From positions 78,772 to 142,771 of the forward strand of contig JASSUH010000002.1 of the NCBI GenBank assembly GCA_031963445.1: DNA of 64,000 nucleotides. The letters are read 5' to 3'. The translations under genes were made by a program, and so were the position numbers. Source of the stretch: Mycoavidus cysteinexigens. Its GTDB lineage: Bacteria; Pseudomonadota; Gammaproteobacteria; Burkholderiales; Burkholderiaceae. Below the pieces are notes generated by a model. It did not search any database, was not told where the DNA came from, and was given only the letters and a program-made list of their open reading frames with translations. Of this stretch, positions 47,350 to 58,072 are shown piece after piece; the first letter of the stretch is position 1, and each line of letters opens with the position of its first letter.

Positions 47350-48393
47350 ATGGCTGAAATTGGAAGTTCCATTCCAGCATTACCTTCTTCGGCGCAGTAC
47401 ATAGAGAGCGCAGCAGGGGGCAGCGCGCAGGCTGAAAGAGTTACACAAGCTCAAAATATTAGCCCGACTGAACCCATAAGGCGATTAGCGCTTTCTGATT
47501 ACGAAAATAATGATCATCCGAATTTCAGAAAAGCACTAAACGTCCTTGGAATAATGATTGACCTCCCCGAGCAGAGTGAAGGCCAGAATCGGCTTTTCAG
47601 CGCACAAAATATACAAGTTAATACAGATGGGGTAGGCGTATACATTCATAACGCTCTACTAAATAGAGCTAGGGCACTTGAACAAAGCGTAACTCAAGCA
47701 ATTGATAGATTGACAGTCGATATTATTCATCGCCGGGTTACTAGAGATATCGTAAAGAATGATGGCAGCTTTTCCCTTTTTGATGAATTCTTGATGCTTA
47801 AATATGATATTTGTCCTAAATTAATGCAAGCAATTCATACTCTGGCGCAACATGATTACGCTAGAGAAAATTTTACAGATTTTGACGACGTGGAAGAGAC
47901 AGTGGAAAACGCTTCTACACGTTTAAATAGAGCAAAGTTGGAAGCAGAGATGGAGCCGATCAACAAATGGCCTTATATAATTAAGTTTATCGTGTTTACC
48001 TTGTCTTTTAGTATGGTTTGGATATTATATTCTTATACTGAGAAAAGAAAGGGTGACTCACCCTCTATATGGCCAGTGATAGTGGCAACTATTGCTTATT
48101 TTACATCACTTCTTTTTCTCGGCGGTGATGTCTGGACTGATTTAAAAACAAGTAAAGACAATATTAAAAAAAATTACTTTAACGTTCTTGGCAATTTGTA
48201 TACAGAAATTCGTAAGAACCATAAACATACATGGAGATCAGTGGAGTTGCATAGTATGGGCAGTGAACTTAGAGAAGTCACCACTACTATGTCAAACGAG
48301 GCTGTATCTGATCTATTTATGGAAAGATTAAATTGTTCTGCTGAATTTGAAAGGCTTATTCGTCAAAGACTTACATCTATACCCCCATCTTAA
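47350..48393 (+). CDS. Hypothetical membrane-anchored protein (two adjacent TM helices); effector candidate
   Basis: GAGGT Shine-Dalgarno sequence. A hydrophobic pair lies around WPYIIKFIVFTLSFSMVWILY and WPVIVATIAYFTSLLFLGG. Confidence 0.5.
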   Translation: MAEIGSSIPALPSSAQYIESAAGGSAQAERVTQAQNISPTEPIRRLALSDYENNDHPNFRKALNVLGIMIDLPEQSEGQNRLFSAQNIQVNTDGVGVYIHNALLNRARALEQSVTQAIDRLTVDIIHRRVTRDIVKNDGSFSLFDEFLMLKYDICPKLMQAIHTLAQHDYARENFTDFDDVEETVENASTRLNRAKLEAEMEPINKWPYIIKFIVFTLSFSMVWILYSYTEKRKGDSPSIWPVIVATIAYFTSLLFLGGDVWTDLKTSKDNIKKNYFNVLGNLYTEIRKNHKHTWRSVELHSMGSELREVTTTMSNEAVSDLFMERLNCSAEFERLIRQRLTSIPPS

Positions 48394-48490
48394 TAAAAAT
48401 GGGAGCTCAAAAAAGAAAAGAACCTATTACATTCTGCAAGACTATTTTTTAATAATTAGCTTTGATAAATTTTTGAAAATGGAGATAAGA

Positions 48491-48820
48491 ATGCAAGGGA
48501 TTAATCAGAACACTACTAGCCACCTAATAATTCTACAAAGAAATATAAATCGTTTACGCGAGCAAATTGCAAAAGATCCTCCTAACCAAGAGTTCATTGA
48601 CCCAAAATTAATTGACCAAGACCAGGATTTTATTGATCAAACGTTCATTGCAGAGTTCGATAGACGGATGAAAGAAGATCCTGAGTTTGGAGAAAAATTC
48701 AGGGAAGCTATGCAAGCGCGTTCATCTGGTAAAAGTACGGAGTCGGCGCAGGGAACGGTTGAGCCTTCCAATCCACTCTTATCGTCTAATAAGGGGAAAG
48801 AAGTACAGAGGTTAGCCTAG
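48491..48820 (+). CDS. Small hypothetical protein
   Basis: A GGAGA lies 5 nt before the ATG at 48491. No motif. Confidence 0.35.
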   Translation: MQGINQNTTSHLIILQRNINRLREQIAKDPPNQEFIDPKLIDQDQDFIDQTFIAEFDRRMKEDPEFGEKFREAMQARSSGKSTESAQGTVEPSNPLLSSNKGKEVQRLA

Positions 48821-49001
48821 CAGTTTTTTGGCCAGGCTGTTCAACTTGCTTTTAAGCAGCCGCGTTTCAGAAATGTTAGCGTGTCGTTCAATAGCGCGGC
48901 GCGCAAACTATAGTAATATTATTTTACATAAGACGAATTCTCCCATCAAACCCACATTTGTGATAATGTGACAATATGAGTAATTACCTCGGGAAAGAAC
49001 C

Positions 49002-49256
49002 ATGAGCCGGCTAACCATTGATGTAACAGAGCAGCAGCATCAAGCTCTTAAGGCTGCCGCAGCCTTGCAAGGCAAGACCATCAAGCAGTACGCTCTTGAG
49101 CGTCTATTTCCTTCAACATCCGATGAAACCCAAGCAATTGATGACTTAAAAGCCCTGTTATCAAAGCGTATGGCTGAGGCAACGCATGGGGATGTACTTG
49201 ACCGGAGCATTACGGAGGTTGCGAGTGAAGTGTTGGCATCGAGTAAAGCAGCGTGA
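49002..49256 (+). CDS. parD: Type II antitoxin (RHH, ParD-like)
   Basis: MSRLTIDVTEQQHQALKAAAALQGKTIKQYALERL. GTGA overlap with the toxin gene. Confidence 0.8.
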   Translation: MSRLTIDVTEQQHQALKAAAALQGKTIKQYALERLFPSTSDETQAIDDLKALLSKRMAEATHGDVLDRSITEVASEVLASSKAA

Positions 49257-49564
49257 CCAGGCCGTATACCCTCACCAAAGGCGCTGCTGCCGACATTCGA
49301 GAAATTACTCGCTATAGCCTTGAGAAATGGGGCAATTCACAGTGCCGTGCCTACATCAGGCAAATTGAAAAGGCAGCAGAAGAAGTTGCAATAGGCAAAG
49401 GGGTGTTTAAGGACATGAGTGCGCTACTGCCTGGCCTACGGATGAAGATAATAGGGCGGCATTACCTCTTCTGCCTGCCCCAAACTACTGGCCCAACATT
49501 GATTTTAGCTATCCTTCACGACCGAATGGACATTATCGTGCGTCTTAAGGATAGACTGACCTAA
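49253..49564 (+). CDS. parE: Type II toxin, ParE/RelE superfamily
   Basis: 103 aa, with Y.LT..A..D...I..Y....WG..Q...Y and a C-terminal ...ILHDRMD. Confidence 0.8.
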   Translation: MTRPYTLTKGAAADIREITRYSLEKWGNSQCRAYIRQIEKAAEEVAIGKGVFKDMSALLPGLRMKIIGRHYLFCLPQTTGPTLILAILHDRMDIIVRLKDRLT

Positions 49565-50605
49565 AATTGGATCAGTACCACTCCTTTTCCTGGAGGCAAA
49601 TGTAAGTTGGATAACAACAATTATCAGACTTGACAGAATTTTTTATCTCTCCCCCAACGCAGCACATAGCAGCTCGCTCACCACCAAGCCTCTTAAACGC
49701 AGCAGCAGTGGGCGGTTGGGTGCCTACGCCTGTACGCCGACACCGAGGGGCCTTCCTCATCTCTTGTGCAGCATGGCTGCTCTGAAGTTTTCCTCCTTCT
49801 TCGCGCCTTCGCGGCACACTATTGCTCATGCAGTTTTATAGTGACAAATAATATTCGCCATTACGAGCGAATCGACGCCCCCTTTGCTATTAGATAACTG
49901 GGTATTCTGATAGAAGCAGGGCAGATACACAATTTTCTGGCTTTATATCGACTTGATGACGTTAAAAACATTAAAAGAAAAGGGGAGAATGTTTATTCTA
50001 ATCTGCTGTAGATGTGGCCAAGTCATTAGAACAGGGCGAAAAATTGGTCTGAGCAGATGCTATAAATTGGAGAAAAAATGCAAAATATAAAAATAGCTGT
50101 GCTAGGCCACAACGCCGCTTAGGGTTAAATCCGTAATTTTTTAATAATCCTATTGAGAAGCAGGTAAAAATCGCTCTGCTTAGCTTGCTCTCTTTTGAGA
50201 AAAATCCGACATTAAGCACATGCCGAAAAATTAAACGAACGCTGTACGTTCTAAATGGGCTCAGATTGTTAACTTTACATAAAGGATGGGTCCGCCATCA
50301 GGCGTCTCAGTCTGATGGAAATCCAGAGGATAAAGAAGGTGTGCAAGCTGTACCCCAAAATTTACTCTCTTGTGATTTTCCTTAACTCGGCAGGTGAGCA
50401 GCTAAAAGTGGGGTCACAAAACCCGCGCCCACGCGGGCTAAAGTGGCGATTAATGTATCAAAGGAGCATTTGGTGAAAAAAGGATGCTTGTTCTGCATCC
50501 TTTTAGATTGTGTTCTTTGTAAAAGTAGCCGATCCTTTTTAGTAGCACGAAGATATTGGGGTTTCGGCATCTCGTCAAGATTTAATGATAAGGAGCAATG
50601 CCATC

Positions 50606-52012
50606 ATGAACTGTAACGAAATACTTAAGCATGGCGTCTTCAATACTGTTATCAAAGATAATGCAAGGTCACTTTCCGATAATTATACGGAATGGCTCAA
50701 AACAGCTACCTTCCAAGAAATTCAGCAAGCCCGATCAGCTGGTCTGTCGGTTGCTCTTCCAATTAAGGGGATACCTCTCGATTTCTCTGCGAACTTCACA
50801 CAAGATGAGCTTAATAGATGGCGCCAGGAAGTTGACTCCGGCAACGTCAGGCAGTTAACCCAAAATGAGATGGAAACTATTGTTGAGAGAAGTGTTGACG
50901 AGAAAATCGTCAAAGCTTGGAAAGAGTGTATACGCTCACAGACATTCGGCGTTTTAAGCTATGAGACAGATAATGAGGACGGCTCATTTTCAGTCCTTTT
51001 TCGATATTCGCCGAATGCTGTTGGTGATATGCCTCCTACAGTTACAGATTTCAGGACTATAGCAGCAACCTGCCAAAATCCCCCGGCTGTGGGTTCGGAG
51101 TTGCCATATGGAGGGTTAATTAGTTTGTTTACAAGAGGGGAGGATCGGGACGGGAATTATCCTACTGCCACCTACGCCATGAATACAACCAAAGGAGCTA
51201 CCACAGGAACGATACCACCAATTATTAAGCAGACACCACCTAAACAACCTGTGATTCGCGCAATTAGAGTTTTTTCAGCTTTAGGTACTACAGCAGCACA
51301 CCCGACCGCTGAAGTTTCCGTGCCACAAGGTTACAAAATGATCGGCGGTGGCGCGAAAGTCAATTGGAGTGGAGCAGGAAGTTTACTGACCGCTTCCTAC
51401 CCTAAGGCCTTCAACATTTGGGTAGCAAGTAGCAAAGATCACAGTATCCCCTCGCCCGCGACTATCGAGGTTTGGGCAATCGCAATAGAGGATCCAAAAG
51501 ATGATTTCGAAGTTGTCATAGACTCATCAGATTCGCCAAGAATGCCCCACCCAGAAGTATTAGTTAATGCTCGCAGTGGGTATCAACTTGTAGGCGGAGG
51601 TGCACAAGCACACGGGCGCCCTGCGGCGGGTCAACTTCTTACGGCTAGTCACCCCATTGGGACAAATACTTGGCATGCTAAAAGTAAAGATCATGTGCAC
51701 CCTGATCCTAGCGTTTTAACTGCATATGCAATTTCCATGCGCCCTAGAAATGGAACAGATCTGATTCCGATTCAAATCAATTCGCGCACGGGAAGCACTA
51801 CCGCCCATCCAAAAGGAGAATGTGAAGCGCCCGCCGGATGCAAGTTGATAGGCGGGGGGGCTTTAGTAAATTGGGCTGGTGCCGGGAGCTTACTTACCGC
51901 AAGCCATCCGAGGGGTAACGAATGGGTCACGGCATCAAAAGATCATCAAGTGCCAGATCCATCAAGTATCACGACTTTCACAATGGGTATTGATTTAAGG
52001 CATTTTGCCTGA
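50606..52012 (+). CDS. Unknown protein: ~230-aa N-terminal domain + three ~80-aa beta-rich repeats (GGGA...LLTAS.P...W.A.SKDH..PDP)
   Basis: TAAGGAG lies upstream of the ATG at 50606. Three internal repeats are visible in the translation. Confidence 0.7.
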   Translation: MNCNEILKHGVFNTVIKDNARSLSDNYTEWLKTATFQEIQQARSAGLSVALPIKGIPLDFSANFTQDELNRWRQEVDSGNVRQLTQNEMETIVERSVDEKIVKAWKECIRSQTFGVLSYETDNEDGSFSVLFRYSPNAVGDMPPTVTDFRTIAATCQNPPAVGSELPYGGLISLFTRGEDRDGNYPTATYAMNTTKGATTGTIPPIIKQTPPKQPVIRAIRVFSALGTTAAHPTAEVSVPQGYKMIGGGAKVNWSGAGSLLTASYPKAFNIWVASSKDHSIPSPATIEVWAIAIEDPKDDFEVVIDSSDSPRMPHPEVLVNARSGYQLVGGGAQAHGRPAAGQLLTASHPIGTNTWHAKSKDHVHPDPSVLTAYAISMRPRNGTDLIPIQINSRTGSTTAHPKGECEAPAGCKLIGGGALVNWAGAGSLLTASHPRGNEWVTASKDHQVPDPSSITTFTMGIDLRHFA

Positions 52013-52813
52013 AAGTTTCAGTAATTTACTTCTTAAAGTGGTCCTGGCCCAGATCTAGAGCTATTCCATCTTCTTTGGGCAGGACCATCTCAACTGTGGC
52101 AGGTCTAAAAAGTCGTCAGCATTAGTTCTCACTTAAGTTGGAAACAGAGATTAAGAAGGCAGCTGTCCAGCTTGTTAAATAAATATCATGAGAACTGGCT
52201 AATTTATTATTTTACATAATCTTAATAATCGCACTTTTTTGAAGATGGTGATAATTAGAAGAATTTAGAAATAATTAGCCTATTTTTAACGATATTTTAT
52301 CTTGCAGCTCGATGCAGGACAAAGCCATTGTTTAGATTGATCAAGTTTTTGGCAAATAGCCTTTATGCAATCCTTTGGGATACCAATACTCTTTCAAGAG
52401 CTTTAATAATATGGCTAAGTAGATATTCATTTTTACCTAATGCAGCAACAAATATCTCGCTGAAGTAAAAAAACATGCATTAAGTTATAGATCAGCGCTT
52501 TCGTTACGGTGTTAGTCGCGTTGTTTGCATTGTGCAGTAGTCCAGCGGCCGGCTTCATATTTGAGAACAACTGCGGTCCAAGGCAATCTTGCGCTTTCAG
52601 TGGCCAGACTCCTGCGCAACAACCGATTACTGCTAAGTATCTATAAATGGGATTTTCAGCGTGCCATGCCAATCTTATTCGCACAGCTACTCTTGGTCAT
52701 AGAGCGGTGGTGCTTAGCCAACCGACTCCGATTCGACGTCGTTAGCTCTTCGGGGAGATTCTGCCAGGGTAGCCCTGCTGACAACATTAGCAAAATCGAT
52801 AAAAGTATTATAA

Positions 52814-53380
52814 GCAGCGGCACCTTTCATACATGACGACATGTGTTGGGCGTCCGGATTACTGCTCGAAAAAGGGCGACACTATCGCATCACCATCACC
52901 ACACCGGGCGATTGGTTCGATCGGACCATCCATACTGATGTAGCGGGATTTCATGCTGATAATTTCTGGTATGTCGTAGCAACACCATTGAAGCATTGGT
53001 GGAGAGAAAATTGGTTTAAACCAATTGCTCGAATCGGTGTGATGGGCAACGATGAATATGTCCTAAATCCAACTGATGAGTTTGAGAAATATAGCTATCC
53101 TCCCTGCCCTACGGGAACCGAATAAGTAAAGAACAACCACGTTCGCGACAAGATTAGAAGTGACTTCGCCCAACAGTGCATGGCCCTTACCCCAACCCCC
53201 GACAACTACAAGGTTCTGGTTAGCAAGATTAAAGCACGAACTACGGGAGAATTATTTTTATATGTGAACGACGCAGTGCGGATGCTACCTGGAGCCACGA
53301 ACCTCTTCTTTAGTAATAATACTGGCCCCGTTAGGGCCATGGTCGAACCAATGTTTATATCGCCGATATCAACGAAGTGA
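52814..53380 (+). pseudogene. LecA(PA-IL)-like beta-sandwich domain gene with an in-frame TAA (53126) and a broken N-terminus
   Basis: ORFs 52841..53125 and 53180..53380 share one frame. GELFLYVNDAV...FFSNNTGPV resembles the ...LIYNDVPGTYGNNSGSF... end of LecA from memory. Confidence 0.35.
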
Positions 53381-53993
53381 GTCTCGTAGTGATACTGCTA
53401 GGCATAGCATCACAAATAGTAGCTGCCGAAAGTGCCATCTGTGAACACTGCTTTTATTCATAAGGCTTTCATCAGGTGCTTCTAAAAGGGAAGCCCAACA
53501 CTCTTGCCACTAGCTGCGGCCTGTTGAGCAGGGAGCATATTGGCTTGTTGCAGGACCTTACCATGTGATGCGCCAAGCATTGGATGCCGGTCACGTCAGT
53601 GTCACATATTTATGAGTTGATTCCATATTTCAATAATGCTCTGGCACTCCACTGCCAAACGCGATCCTAGCTCAGCGGCACAGCATATCGTGCTCGACGG
53701 TAAGCGCGTGTAAGGTACAAGCTCAGGTCGAGAGGCCCTACATCTGATGAATGCGCTTGCGGGGGGCAGACGTTTAGTGCTAGTGATGCATCCAGTAGAA
53801 GATAAAAACAATGAGATTAGTGGACTTAGCACAATCCGATCCGCGGAGGCAACCATAACCATCAATGCTCGGGGGCGCAAAAGAAGCGTTGCAGAAAAAA
53901 TAATTCAACATAAGCAAACTATGTATTGGCACCCAATTTGCTGCTGAGTATAAAGCGACGTGGTTAAGTAGAAAACCGACAACAGGAGTTTTT

Positions 53994-55139
53994 ATGCTCG
54001 CAGATGCCGTGATAGAACTTGGTACTCGTTCAAATGCAGAGAGATTGTTTTCGTACCCGAACGAGGGTCACGAACGTCAATCCCTTGAGGAAACGATTGA
54101 ACATTACTTGACAGATAGCCTTCAAAGAGAAGGTATCAGTGAATTTCAAGTAATGGCAGTGCCCGACACAGAACGATACACGATCCGTATAACTCTTGTG
54201 GATCCTACAGTATTAAGTGAAATTGCAGTCCGATATCAGGCTTTCTTTAATATTGGGAAAATTGGATTGCAGGAGTCTGACAGCTTCCAGAGCAAAGGAA
54301 AGTGGGGGGAAGCATGGAAATTTCTTCTCCCTCTCGGTGTTCCGATTACATTTGCCAAGGCTGTAGAAATAATGGACTTTCCGCCACTCACCCTAATCAA
54401 TAAGCAAGATTATCTGAATTCGAAGACTACTAGCCGTTGGTGGGAATTGTTAGCTTTGAATGACGTTGTTGATGCGGAAAAGGCCCGCTATAGCTGTATT
54501 CTTGATATCGTACCCGTAGCGGCCCCTGCAAATGATGGTGAAAACCTAACGCTGTCTGGAATTTATGACGGGCCTTTTGATAATTATGGTCTGTCACTTC
54601 TTGAGCTCCTTGCAAGCACGCAAACTCTTGGTATACAAAGACCATTGGTCGCGCTTGGCAGGCCAATCCGAGAATGGATGAAGCGTATCTGGAATCTGTC
54701 GCTAAATATTTGCGAAACAGGCATTATGTTGTTACGGAATGGCCACTCCTGTTCTGTTATCGCATCCAATCACCCGGCCTTCTTTTATTATGCTGTTCAC
54801 ACATACACAGACACGTCCGACGCAGTTATAAAGAATCTGGCTGTCGGCTTAGCCGTGATGAAACAGGACATAGTTGTTGCAGCCTGGCATGCTCAAATGG
54901 GACGAAGTCCAAATTCTGATCCCGCTGCTGCTTTACAGGCCAGTACCCTGAAATGGAGGAACAGAGATCCAGAATTGCTTGAAATCGTGAAGGAGCAAGC
55001 CGGCATTGTCATTCCGCGCGAGTTCATGATTCGCCATCTTGCCGAGATACAAGAGCAAGCGCCTGATTCCGATCAATTGCTTGAACTTGAGCGGCGCTTC
55101 TATGCCGAGGGTAAGCCAGAGTATGGTCCGAATAGCTGA
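53994..55139 (+). CDS. Hypothetical protein (381 aa), no recognised motif; first gene of the oxygenase cluster
   Basis: AGGAG Shine-Dalgarno sequence. Long ORF. Confidence 0.6.
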   Translation: MLADAVIELGTRSNAERLFSYPNEGHERQSLEETIEHYLTDSLQREGISEFQVMAVPDTERYTIRITLVDPTVLSEIAVRYQAFFNIGKIGLQESDSFQSKGKWGEAWKFLLPLGVPITFAKAVEIMDFPPLTLINKQDYLNSKTTSRWWELLALNDVVDAEKARYSCILDIVPVAAPANDGENLTLSGIYDGPFDNYGLSLLELLASTQTLGIQRPLVALGRPIREWMKRIWNLSLNICETGIMLLRNGHSCSVIASNHPAFFYYAVHTYTDTSDAVIKNLAVGLAVMKQDIVVAAWHAQMGRSPNSDPAAALQASTLKWRNRDPELLEIVKEQAGIVIPREFMIRHLAEIQEQAPDSDQLLELERRFYAEGKPEYGPNS

Positions 55140-55378
55140 TAGTTTGGCCAGTAGCTATCGATTTTTGAGATATTGAAAAACAGGAATAACACATCGTCCA
55201 ACATTACTAATCGCTTTCACACCAGCGTCTCTCATTTTTTATGAGTCATTCTTGCATTCGCCAGGTGATTTATTGATTTGGTCTGGCCATTTTGTAAAAA
55301 GCCATCTATCCAAAAATATGGCGCTGAGGCTAAAGTTGTCGCGAGAATTAGTAGTGTGGTGCAACTGGAAGCATATCT

Positions 55379-56125
55379 ATGCCTGATCGATTTGAGCGTT
55401 ACGAAAGAATATATAACGTATTTTATCGCATTGAGCGGTGCGGTGCCATCTCCCTAAGTGACGGCGGCGGCCCATTTGGCTTCGATATTTTGGTCGCGCT
55501 TCTATTTGACGATTTAATCGCCGCATACAAGCCTGATGGGATCATCGAGTGCGGAAGTTTCGTTGGAGACACGACAACTTACCTTGCGGAAGTATATTCT
55601 ACCTATGCCATCAAATCTTGTGACGTGGATTCGTTCTCCGTTAGCGTTACAAGGCATAGGACTAAAGCCTTTCCTAACGTGCAGGTAAATCTTGAAAGCT
55701 CGACCGACTTAGTTGCAAGAGTTGATTCCGCGTATACAAGGCCTTTATATTTCTTGGATGCTCATGGGGTCGCCAACTGGCCGCTCACAAACGAACTCGA
55801 GTCTATGACACACGGACTGGCTGTTGTTCACGACTTCGATATAGAACATCCTCGTTTCTCATTTGACCACTATGATGGCATCTCATGCGACGCAAAACTC
55901 CTCTCTCAAGTGTTTTCTCCGGGAATGCCGTTTTTTACACTGAACGCGCATGCCAACTCTCCATTTCCCTGCCTTCAAGTTGGACGACGCTCTGGCGTAG
56001 CTGTTCTTCCTTTAGACAAAGTTGCTGAGTCAGCTTGTATCCAGGTAATGAAGAATTCAAGGTGCCCTTTGGTCCAAGCAGTAATTCCTCGGGTCCATAA
56101 TGCAATTATGGAACGACAATCATGA
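55379..56125 (+). CDS. Class I SAM-methyltransferase-fold protein (Methyltransf_24/CmcI-like)
   Basis: GIIECGSFVGDTT (motif I-like), acidic end of beta-2 (IKSCDVD), and LYFLDAHG. Confidence 0.5.
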   Translation: MPDRFERYERIYNVFYRIERCGAISLSDGGGPFGFDILVALLFDDLIAAYKPDGIIECGSFVGDTTTYLAEVYSTYAIKSCDVDSFSVSVTRHRTKAFPNVQVNLESSTDLVARVDSAYTRPLYFLDAHGVANWPLTNELESMTHGLAVVHDFDIEHPRFSFDHYDGISCDAKLLSQVFSPGMPFFTLNAHANSPFPCLQVGRRSGVAVLPLDKVAESACIQVMKNSRCPLVQAVIPRVHNAIMERQS

Positions 56126-56874
56126 GCGCAGCTAAGATACGCGCTAACGTCGGGGGCATCCCATTTATAGACCCGACTTTTCAGCATCAGAGATTGCTGG
56201 CAGCAGTCGCCAGTACTCGAGTTTACAGATCTAACGCACTAGATATTACACCTCCCTTCTATGACCCAAAAATTGGACCTCAACAAACCCTGACCCCAAG
56301 CTATGCGAGAGCACTTTACAAGTGTGATGCTAATGAGCTTGGACTGAACTGGGCACCTCTGTCACCTTCGGAAATGAAGAAGATCGAGCAAGCAAAAAAT
56401 ACAATAGTAATTACCCGTCCTGCATGGTGGGCACTTATGTCACTGCCAATTAACTTCCTAAAGCTTATGGGTTCCAACCAGGGCATAAGTGCATCAATTG
56501 ACGCATTACCGCAGCACGTCTTCCTTTCCGAGGATGCTTTTAGGAGCGAAAAGGAGTTGTGCGAGCAGGTATTGCATGAGACTTGCCACAATTGGTTGTA
56601 CTTGATATCAGAAGTTTGGAAGCTCCACTGGACCAGAAGTAAAGTGATCGTTACCCTACCTTCAGGCACCCCTAGTAGAACGCCGAGCGAGTTATTGGGA
56701 GCGTTGCACGTCGTTTCCGTTCTCTTAGACTACTACGGTATATTTCGCTTAAACAACGATCTGAGTGAGCGTAATCTTCTCGGCTATCGGGATGGGTGTA
56801 GGGAATTGATCTCAGCCGTTGAAGGCTGTTTTACCGAAGCTGGCATCGAAGTTGCTTGTTCATTGATGAGATGA
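56122..56874 (+). CDS. HExxH-motif protein (candidate aKG-HExxH-type peptide hydroxylase or metalloprotein)
   Basis: VLHETCHNWLY motif. ~250 aa. ATGA overlap with the upstream gene. Confidence 0.45.
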   Translation: MSAAKIRANVGGIPFIDPTFQHQRLLAAVASTRVYRSNALDITPPFYDPKIGPQQTLTPSYARALYKCDANELGLNWAPLSPSEMKKIEQAKNTIVITRPAWWALMSLPINFLKLMGSNQGISASIDALPQHVFLSEDAFRSEKELCEQVLHETCHNWLYLISEVWKLHWTRSKVIVTLPSGTPSRTPSELLGALHVVSVLLDYYGIFRLNNDLSERNLLGYRDGCRELISAVEGCFTEAGIEVACSLMR

Positions 56875-57512
56875 GGATGCTAAGTATGTTCTTGGAGCAA
56901 TCACAATATGAGTGCCAAGTACTTTGGCCTACCCCTATTTATCTGAAGGATTTGCACAATGCGCAAGCTATAAATAAATCCTTAAAAGTGCTTATCAGTA
57001 ACTCAGATGATGGAGGAAAGGAGAAAACTACCGGTCTATTTAGAGGAAGGAAATCTGACTTTGGTTTGTTGCGCTATAACTGCGAAGCAGTCTCCACCTT
57101 AAAAGAGGCGATTTTCTCTGCAGTCGATATGCTAAATCGATGGGCAGTAGGAGATCATGCTGAAGATCTATCGGACTCCCTAATTGCTGAGGCGTGGTCT
57201 GTCGAGTACGGTAGCCCCGGATATCATCGACTGCATGTTCATCATGGGTCGTGTTGGTCGGGTGTGTACTATGTTTCTGTTGGATCTGTGGAACCTGGAA
57301 CTGGTGAGGTGCATCTTATTGATCCGCGAATAGGTGCCGCCGCGCAAGGTGTTTCGCCAGACAAAATAGCGCTACCGATTGTCCCCCGAGATGGCCTTTT
57401 GATCGCCTTCCCAAGTTGGCTATCTCATTGGGTTACGCCAGTTGAGTGTACTACACCGCGAATTTGTATCGCCTTCAATATCGGCTTTTCCAATTTGAAT
57501 GAGGCCTTTTAA
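56871..57512 (+). CDS. 2OG-Fe(II) oxygenase, TIGR02466/2OG-FeII_Oxy_5-like
   Basis: HRLHVHHGSCWSGVYYV...GEVHLIDPR...DGLLIAFPSWLSHWVTP...RICIAFNI. The ATG at 56871 overlaps the upstream stop (ATGA). Confidence 0.7.
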   Translation: MRMLSMFLEQSQYECQVLWPTPIYLKDLHNAQAINKSLKVLISNSDDGGKEKTTGLFRGRKSDFGLLRYNCEAVSTLKEAIFSAVDMLNRWAVGDHAEDLSDSLIAEAWSVEYGSPGYHRLHVHHGSCWSGVYYVSVGSVEPGTGEVHLIDPRIGAAAQGVSPDKIALPIVPRDGLLIAFPSWLSHWVTPVECTTPRICIAFNIGFSNLNEAF

Positions 57513-57514
57513 TT

Positions 57515-58015
57515 ATGATTAGCGAGCTCTGGACAACTACCGTTTGGAACGGCAGGCTCTCTAAATTTGAGGTCGTGCCGAACATTAGGTGGTCTGCAAT
57601 TTCTCACAACGGATTTGGAACCCGAAGCTCAGTCCATGACGAGATCGAGGATCGCTTGTGCGATGTGCTTCGACAGAAGGTCGGATGTGGCGGCAGTGGG
57701 CTTGTCTCTAGCACCTTTGAGATATTGAAAAAGGCTGATTTTCGCGGTCCCCGATGTACTGGAGGAAAGTGGGCTCACGTCTGGGCTGGAGCACTGACAG
57801 ATAACACAACCACCTCATGTGATGGGCACGTGGCGCTACATGATCCGAGAGCTGGGGCAGCGCTAGTAACAATGCCAGGAATGCCGTGGGCGAAAGGACA
57901 ATCATTTTTGTTAGTGGATGGCCTGTCACTTCTAATACCGGGTTGGCTGAGTTGGTCTGTCCCTATAGTACGTGGACAGCAGGAGTATATTCTAGCCTGC
58001 GTTACTCTGAGTTAG
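57515..58015 (+). CDS. Degenerate paralog of the TIGR02466-like oxygenase (metal ligands apparently lost)
   Basis: HVWAGAL...VALHDPRAGA...DGLSLLIPGWLSWSVP parallels the neighbour, but the H.H and the distal H are replaced. Confidence 0.5.
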   Translation: MISELWTTTVWNGRLSKFEVVPNIRWSAISHNGFGTRSSVHDEIEDRLCDVLRQKVGCGGSGLVSSTFEILKKADFRGPRCTGGKWAHVWAGALTDNTTTSCDGHVALHDPRAGAALVTMPGMPWAKGQSFLLVDGLSLLIPGWLSWSVPIVRGQQEYILACVTLS

Positions 58016-58072
58016 GGAGCAAAGGCATATGTTTAGTTTCTGAAAACAGCAGTGATGACGAAGGAGTGAGAA

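Noticed and set aside
49572-49829. 85-aa minus-strand ORF downstream of parE
   Set aside because: Arg/Gly/Cys-rich improbable composition and no Shine-Dalgarno sequence. The region may be non-coding and G+C-rich, but I could not assign it to any repeat or RNA.
53400-53990. ORFs 53602..53880 (-) and 53747..53947 (+) upstream of the oxygenase cluster
   Set aside because: They overlap each other on opposite strands and have no motifs or Shine-Dalgarno sequence. All frames of the surrounding DNA have many stops, so it is likely decayed or non-coding.
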